From a virus (taxonomy: Duplodnaviria > Caudoviricetes): a stretch of 64,000 nucleotides of DNA. Below the pieces are notes generated by a model. The model worked only from the letters and a program-made list of their open reading frames with translations. It had not been told where the DNA came from and did not search any database. The stretch lies in the IMG/VR virus record IMGVR_UViG_3300025000_000057; one strand, 5' to 3'. Numbering within the stretch: position 1 is the first letter of the stretch; every line of letters starts with the position of its first letter. A program made the translations under genes and the position numbers. Shown here piece after piece: positions 57,756 through 64,000 of this stretch.

Positions 57756-60700
57756 CTATCCGTAAATCCAGTTGTCACTAAAGGTTTTAAATCCTACACA
57801 AACATTTAACCAGTTAGTTAAAGCTTTATGCCAAGCATCTCGCGGTATGGATTTAAGTTGCCAGAATGTCATTCCTGTATTGTGAATGTTATCTATACCC
57901 TTCTGTATCCAAGAACTAGTATCGTGGTCGTAAATGTACCAGGTTTCTCGATTATTAAAGCTTAATAAGAATCTAATTTGTATACCATCGATCTCTTGAT
58001 AATCGGCCACAATATCTTGAATAGCAACGGCTTGTCTTGTGTCAATTCTATTATAGTCATTTGTCATAACTATAAATTCTGTATCTTCACGATTATCAAT
58101 AATATTGAGCATTGCAAACTGTTCTTCTTTGTCATAATAGATAGTATCGCTCTTTACCTGTTCTTTAGGCAAATCTTGTATATATAAGATATCATCAACA
58201 TCTGGTTCGGTATAACTCGATTTACTTATTAAGAAATTACAGACTATTTCCGATTTAAGTCCTGTAAAGCTCTTTGGAATATCAATAGTGAACAGTTTAT
58301 CTAAATCTCCAGATTCCAATATTCCTGTGATATAATGACTTGAGTTATTAGTAAGAAGTCCTGTGATTATACTTATAGCATTTCCATCAAAGTTCTTTAA
58401 GGTACGAAAAGGTATTAATACAGGAGAATCTTTCTCTTCTAAAACCTCGTGAATAGGAATATCTAATTTAAACCCCGTTAACATGGGTATCTGGTAGACA
58501 TCGAATTTATTAACAATTGTTCTGAAAGTGAATCCATTAACAGTATACATTGTCGTATTTAATAAGGTTATTCTAGCCTTACCATTCCCGGCTTGAACTC
58601 CAATCTGCATAGTACCGTCCGATACTCCGTCTGTATAACTAGAACCACCGCCGCCATTTGCTGAATATCCAGAACCATGTGGCGAATCGTTACCACCGGC
58701 CGCGCCGCCATAATAACCGCCACCGCCACCGCCTGAACCAGAGCAACAACCAGTATCTCCTGCGCCGCCTTGATATAGCGTCCCATTCCCACCTTTTACA
58801 TACGTTCCGGCTCCTACACCTCCTTGTGTTTGAGAACCTCCTCCACCACCCCAAGACCATTGATAACCAGCACCCGTTCGTGCTGGATTGGTAGTTAATT
58901 GACCAGCGCCCGATTGTGCTTGTATTTCGCCGCCAGCGCCGTAACGAGAATTTCCATACTCGCCACCGCCACCGCCACCGCCAGCAATAATAATTCTATT
59001 AGAAAGAGAAGTATCGCCAACTCTTATATCAGTAGCGCCACCACCGCCACCACCATAACGAACACTACTACTGGTATCGGTACCTCCATTACCTCCACCA
59101 TTCCAACCTCCTGCTTTAGCACGACCCGGATATCCACCAATACAGATGTATAAAATATCACCCTGGGTTAAAGTAATCGTACCTTTAGTATAACCTCCGA
59201 GACCACCGGTTATTGAACTTCCTCCCGGCAATCCACCTTCAGCACCCCATACTTCTAATCGGTAATCGCCTGTAAAAGGTGCTATCCATGTTATGTAATT
59301 GCCGGTATAAGTGAAATCGTATATTGTTTCATTACTATCGCTAGGATAGGCTATTAATCTAATAGCCATGTCTAACCATTCTGACAACTTTGTACTCCAA
59401 GTTTCTTCAGGAATAGAACTAACTTGCCAAAATGTCATTCCTTTCTCCTGAATATCATCTAAACTTACAATAACCCATTGGTTGGTACTATAATCATAAG
59501 AATACCAAGTATTTCTATTGTCAAAGCTAAATAAGAATCTTTCATTTCCATTACTGTAATAGTCCTTATTTATGTCTTTAATTGTTACTATATTAGATGT
59601 ATCTATCCTTGTATAATCATCTGTAGTAACGGTTATATTAATCGGTCGATCGCTACATATAGAAGTAAATATAGAAGGTGTTTTATCCAATATTTGAATC
59701 GACTTTAATGTTTCAATGTCAACAGTCTCACATATCAAATCTAAAGGTTTAGTACTGTAGTAAGACGGTATATGAAGACCTTTTAAATACTCTAAAACAT
59801 TACCAGAAAGTTTAGGTATAACGGGATCGATACTAATTAGATCATTAATAATTAAAAAGTCTATCTTATCTTCCTCGTTATTATGACTACTTTTATAAAC
59901 TCCTACTAAATGACTCGCAATTAAAGCTCCAGCTCGCGATAAGATAGGAATATTTATACTATTATCCATTCTTTCTTTAATACCATTAATTCTACAGGTA
60001 TTGCTTATAGTACCAGCTATTGTATCTATAGCAGCTCCGCTAGATACTATTGTTGGTATATTCTCTACTTCATCAGAAGGATGAGTAAAGGTAACTTCTG
60101 ATACGTTATTTATATAACATGCTATAGTTGTCCTAGTAATTACGCCTAGTAAGTTTCCGACGTATTCTATTAAAAGTTTACTTACAGATGGTGTAATACT
60201 TATATCTATGGTAGCAAGAGCAACTGCTATATTTAAATTTCCATGTACGCCCGGTTGAAAATAGTTCCAATCTACAGTATTTAGTTCGTCTGCTGTCATA
60301 CCTACTCTATCTATATCGTCAAGTGACGCTTCTTGCCATACGGTATTATAAGTTAGCCAGCTACCTTTATTATCAAAGCTTACCAAGTATCTTAACAAAG
60401 TACCCTCGGGTTCTATTTGTACAGCCATTATATTAAGGATCTTTTTAACTTCGCTACAATCTATCTGATTATCTCCGGTAGTAATGTGATAAGGGATTAT
60501 AGGATAAGAGAATAATACAAATCCAGCCTGATAGTTGATTTGTTTCTCTTCTTGACTAAGTACTCTATTATATATTCTGGCCATAATAACACAACCATCA
60601 AAGGCTCCATAAGGGCCTGCGCCCATAATAATTGGTGACCATACTCGTGTCATATTAGACTTAAGTCCAATACGTACCAATACTCCATTAATATAAATAA

Positions 60701-61340
60701 ACGGTTGCCTATCTATATACTCTACAATGACATGGGTTATTCCCGTAACCTCACCGCTATAAACGGCCACTGCGGGAAAATGAGCATCTCCGTATTCGTA
60801 AACACTAACTCCGTTAGAACCTATAGATACCCCTGCACCAACTCTAGTATCTATATATTTAGAAGGATAAAACAAATACTTTTGACCATCTAATCCTGGA
60901 GAAGAACCTGTATTTATCTCATTATCAATCTGGTGTAATTGATCGGTCTGAACCCACGCTTCCAGGGTAAAGGTATCATAAACAGGATTATAGCTAAGAG
61001 TGCATTTACTATTTATACCGTTAAATAAAAGAGCATAGGGATTTGCATTAGTTCCATCCCCTATCCAGCCGTCCGAAATAAAGTTAAAGTCAGAAAGCTC
61101 GGTCAACTTCCAATCTCCGCTTGCAGCGAGATTAATCCATGTAGATAATGGATTAGAGCCATGTTTGTCATCCTCTGTAGCTCGGGCAGCAATCAAATCG
61201 ATTAATAGCCCGTCCTTTACATACTCATGTACTGTTTTATGTAAAGTGACGGCATCAACTAGAAAATCGATGCCGTCAATATTTGGGATGACAAATGACT
61301 CTTTATCATAGATATTAAATTGCAAAGAGTCCTTTGCCAT
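57756..61340 (-). CDS. Tail-fibre-like protein (1194 aa): LamG/concanavalin-like, glycine-rich and repeated SFDN modules
   Basis: FTLEAWV...HVIVEY....FIYINGV...FDGC...RIYNRVLS; Gly-rich domain with WGAEGG. Confidence 0.8.
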   Translation of the reverse strand: MAKDSLQFNIYDKESFVIPNIDGIDFLVDAVTLHKTVHEYVKDGLLIDLIAARATEDDKHGSNPLSTWINLAASGDWKLTELSDFNFISDGWIGDGTNANPYALLFNGINSKCTLSYNPVYDTFTLEAWVQTDQLHQIDNEINTGSSPGLDGQKYLFYPSKYIDTRVGAGVSIGSNGVSVYEYGDAHFPAVAVYSGEVTGITHVIVEYIDRQPFIYINGVLVRIGLKSNMTRVWSPIIMGAGPYGAFDGCVIMARIYNRVLSQEEKQINYQAGFVLFSYPIIPYHITTGDNQIDCSEVKKILNIMAVQIEPEGTLLRYLVSFDNKGSWLTYNTVWQEASLDDIDRVGMTADELNTVDWNYFQPGVHGNLNIAVALATIDISITPSVSKLLIEYVGNLLGVITRTTIACYINNVSEVTFTHPSDEVENIPTIVSSGAAIDTIAGTISNTCRINGIKERMDNSINIPILSRAGALIASHLVGVYKSSHNNEEDKIDFLIINDLISIDPVIPKLSGNVLEYLKGLHIPSYYSTKPLDLICETVDIETLKSIQILDKTPSIFTSICSDRPINITVTTDDYTRIDTSNIVTIKDINKDYYSNGNERFLFSFDNRNTWYSYDYSTNQWVIVSLDDIQEKGMTFWQVSSIPEETWSTKLSEWLDMAIRLIAYPSDSNETIYDFTYTGNYITWIAPFTGDYRLEVWGAEGGLPGGSSITGGLGGYTKGTITLTQGDILYICIGGYPGRAKAGGWNGGGNGGTDTSSSVRYGGGGGGATDIRVGDTSLSNRIIIAGGGGGGGEYGNSRYGAGGEIQAQSGAGQLTTNPARTGAGYQWSWGGGGGSQTQGGVGAGTYVKGGNGTLYQGGAGDTGCCSGSGGGGGGYYGGAAGGNDSPHGSGYSANGGGGSSYTDGVSDGTMQIGVQAGNGKARITLLNTTMYTVNGFTFRTIVNKFDVYQIPMLTGFKLDIPIHEVLEEKDSPVLIPFRTLKNFDGNAISIITGLLTNNSSHYITGILESGDLDKLFTIDIPKSFTGLKSEIVCNFLISKSSYTEPDVDDILYIQDLPKEQVKSDTIYYDKEEQFAMLNIIDNREDTEFIVMTNDYNRIDTRQAVAIQDIVADYQEIDGIQIRFLLSFNNRETWYIYDHDTSSWIQKGIDNIHNTGMTFWQLKSIPRDAWHKALTNWLNVCVGFKTFSDNWIYG

Positions 61341-61352
61341 GTGATCACCAAC

Positions 61353-64000
61353 TTATCCGCGATTATATACAGCAACTGCTCTAGTTCCTGCTAAACTACT
61401 ATATCCGATCGAACCTGCTGTATGAATATCATACACCTGACTACCTACGGTAATGGTATCATCCTGGATTACACCCGACAACGGAATCGCATAAACATGA
61501 TCAATCTCTCCACGAATACCATCACTAATACTACCAACCTCGATAGGAGCCATATAATACAACCCGCCGCCGCCAGGGTTAGATGGCGGCAAAGCTGAAT
61601 AGAAATCGTAAGCAGGCCCATTAACAGTATTAGCTTTATCTTTAAGTGGATAGATTTTAGAATTTCCTTCAATATTTGTCGAAGCTAATACGACAGCTGT
61701 ATTATTAGGTTCAACTCCAAATAGCTTAAGCCGTCCTACATAATGCAATGCATTGACAGCACCAGCTATAGCTACTTCTGCTATTATAGATAAGACAATA
61801 TGATCATCGAATGTATAGAGCTTATAGTTAAATGGTGAAGTCTTTACGATTACAGCCGAGGCAAAGAATACAGATTTACTTTGATCGTTAGTAAAAGTAC
61901 CGGCCAATCCGGTAAGATATCCGAGTTTAATTGTGGTATTAAATGGGCCAATTGTCTTACGTGTTACTAAGATTGAATCGATATTACTAACATTTATAGT
62001 TACATCGTAAGTATTGGTTACCTCGGCTTCAGCTGTAAGTTTGTTCTTTATAGCAGTGGCTACTTGTGATACAGTTTGTCCACTCGTAACCGACACCTGA
62101 ATCTCCTTATTAATAATGCCATTGCTAACAAAGATTTGTAATAGCCCGGTTGTCGTACAATTGGAAAGCACTTTGATAGTATTTTCTTCTTTAGAACCAC
62201 TACCTCCTTGAGCTAATACACTAATGGTCAAAACGGTACCTGTATCGTTAGCGTCGAAAGTAGGATCTGGATTGTCAACCATTAGTGTAGATGAAATAGT
62301 TACGACATTATCCACTACAGTAGCATTCCAATTATCTAAAGCATCGGCAACGGTACGAATCCTATTAACTATAGATGTGAAACTATCAGCTCCATTTAAA
62401 GTCGCGATTAAGGTTTTATTTAAGATACCATCACTTAAATTAATACTAATAGTACCATCGTTTATCGCACCTGTTAAGACTGTTAGTGTATTTACTTCAG
62501 CGACGCCTGTTACACCGACTACAGACTGAGTTATAGAACAATTTACTTCGATAGCTACTACACCTAATGTAACAACAGTATCAACAGCGCCGGTAGCGTC
62601 TCGTGAGATTATTACGTTATTATTTGTACTGGTTATTGTATAACTAGAACCAATTTGACCATCGTTTTCTAACAAAATAGCAATCTTAACAGCCAAGGTA
62701 TCTATCGTATCTGTAGATAGAATATCAAAGTTAACTGACTTATTAATTATTCCATCATTAAAGTTAATTACACCGGTTTGTGAGATATTAGATACGTTTG
62801 TAATCGTAAGTGTATTAATCTCTTTTACGCCGGTAATACCCTGTTGAGTTATATTAATAGTAACTGTAGTGCCAGTATCATTAGGGTTAAAAGTAGCATC
62901 TACTTGACTCTCTGCGGAAGCGGCGGCAATGGTTACGACATTATCGTTAACGATAGCGACATAATCTGCTAAAGCATCTACTGCAAATTGTATAGCTGAG
63001 GCCACTTCTTGAAGACTATCAGCTGTTACTACGTTTACGTCAATAGTCTTATTAATTACACCATCACCAAAGAATACATTTATCGTACCATTAGCAGTAC
63101 AAGCGGAGTTAACAGTAATTGTATTAACCTCTTGTATTGAAACATCCCCGGGAGTTGTTTCAACGAAGGTGGCACCAATGCCGGTATTATTTCCAGCAAC
63201 AGCTATGGTTAAATCTACAGCGCCTACATCATTCTTAGTAATAATAACCTGATTACCAGAGCCGGAAATTGTATACGAGACGGAAACATCCGTGTCAGTG
63301 GCTAGTACATTTCTAATCTTGGCCGCGACTTCTTCCGTAGTATTGTCACCATTACTTACAGTTACATTTACCGGAGTATTATTTAAGATTAAGCTAACAT
63401 TCCCACTGGTAATAGGAGAACCTGTTACCGTTAAGTCAAATACTTCAGCTACAGATGTAACACCTATTTGAGTTTCTGCAATTGTCTTGACAACTCCGTT
63501 AGGAACTTCGGTAATGGTAATAGTAATACTTTTAGGGCCACCAGTTTTAGAAGCTATGGTTATTATATTAGTATCTATCACATTAGTTATTGTATATGCT
63601 GTATTAATATCGTTATCGCTAGTTAAAGCTGTCTTAATTTTACCAGCAACTTGAGCAGCTGTATCGTTACCGACTACTGGAAACTTAATACCGGGCTTAA
63701 TAATAGTACCGTCATCAAAGTTAATATTAAGCGTACCAGAAACAGTAGCACCACTATTTACAATAATAGTGCGTTCTTCATTAACCGGTGTAATACCAGG
63801 TATCGTTTCTATATCACTTGCGGTAACACCGGTAATGGTATCAGTTATACTCATATTAAAGTCAATAGCCCTTGAATCTTTGGCTGTAATTATAACTTTA
63901 CCATTAACGTCTACAATTACATCGTAAGCCATAGCTATTGCCGAGTCGCTCAGTAACGTATCGCGAATTTTCTCAGCTACCACCCTAACACTACCGCTAT
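61353..64000 (-). CDS. Repeat-rich tail/fibre protein, N-terminus outside the window
   Basis: Frame is open to the window edge; about eight ~95-aa repeats (E..T.TV...A...G.I.....DG.....V...DT...VA.KI...L). Confidence 0.8.
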   Translation of the reverse strand, partial: SGSVRVVAEKIRDTLLSDSAIAMAYDVIVDVNGKVIITAKDSRAIDFNMSITDTITGVTASDIETIPGITPVNEERTIIVNSGATVSGTLNINFDDGTIIKPGIKFPVVGNDTAAQVAGKIKTALTSDNDINTAYTITNVIDTNIITIASKTGGPKSITITITEVPNGVVKTIAETQIGVTSVAEVFDLTVTGSPITSGNVSLILNNTPVNVTVSNGDNTTEEVAAKIRNVLATDTDVSVSYTISGSGNQVIITKNDVGAVDLTIAVAGNNTGIGATFVETTPGDVSIQEVNTITVNSACTANGTINVFFGDGVINKTIDVNVVTADSLQEVASAIQFAVDALADYVAIVNDNVVTIAAASAESQVDATFNPNDTGTTVTINITQQGITGVKEINTLTITNVSNISQTGVINFNDGIINKSVNFDILSTDTIDTLAVKIAILLENDGQIGSSYTITSTNNNVIISRDATGAVDTVVTLGVVAIEVNCSITQSVVGVTGVAEVNTLTVLTGAINDGTISINLSDGILNKTLIATLNGADSFTSIVNRIRTVADALDNWNATVVDNVVTISSTLMVDNPDPTFDANDTGTVLTISVLAQGGSGSKEENTIKVLSNCTTTGLLQIFVSNGIINKEIQVSVTSGQTVSQVATAIKNKLTAEAEVTNTYDVTINVSNIDSILVTRKTIGPFNTTIKLGYLTGLAGTFTNDQSKSVFFASAVIVKTSPFNYKLYTFDDHIVLSIIAEVAIAGAVNALHYVGRLKLFGVEPNNTAVVLASTNIEGNSKIYPLKDKANTVNGPAYDFYSALPPSNPGGGGLYYMAPIEVGSISDGIRGEIDHVYAIPLSGVIQDDTITVGSQVYDIHTAGSIGYSSLAGTRAVAVYNRG

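Noticed and set aside
69-63875. Numerous short antisense or alternate-frame ORFs in the track (e.g. 11161..11445, 12768..13064, 39361..39774, 47622..47975)
   Set aside because: Nested in long well-supported genes, no SD sites; shadow ORFs.
1-64000. Genome-wide stop-codon reassignment
   Set aside because: Genes are long and tightly packed under code 11; TAA, TAG and TGA all end genes; no suppressor tRNA found. The TGA at 57220 is local.
1-64000. CRISPR array
   Set aside because: No regularly spaced repeat-spacer series; repeated motifs occur only twice. The Cas4-like gene has no cas neighbours.

Overview
This 64-kb window looks like part of a large tailed phage genome infecting an anaerobic, probably spore-forming Bacillota (Firmicutes) host. 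It is AT-rich, uses the standard genetic code and has strong GGAGG(TG) Shine-Dalgarno sites. Positions 1-9.3 kb are on the + strand: the 3' part of an intein-containing anaerobic ribonucleotide reductase (nrdD), small ORFs including an Acb2/Tad1-like protein, a 3.3-kb tRNA array (11 tRNA genes, one pseudo-tRNA, an HNH gene and several unexplained structured RNA motifs, two of them duplicated) and a Dam-type methylase. After a convergent terminator at about 9.29 kb everything is on the - strand. The first block is an accessory island (replication-relaxation relaxase, VirD4-like coupling ATPase, SpoIIIAC/pilin-like membrane protein, YdjM-like hydrolase) carrying sporulation-type regulatory signals. 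Next is a transcription/recombination/replication block (sigma factor, RuvC, PD-(D/E)XK nucleases, DnaB-like helicase, AEP primase, Rad52-like protein), then a holin-like gene and about 38 kb of putative virion/tail genes (a paralogous family, Ig/FN3 proteins, a 3482-aa giant, glycine-rich tail-fibre-like genes, one split by a single in-frame TGA). The best candidates for new biology are the duplicated pseudoknot and hairpin RNA motifs placed directly before tRNAs, and the relaxase/coupling-protein module under apparent sporulation control. All family assignments are from motif recognition by eye; no database search was run.
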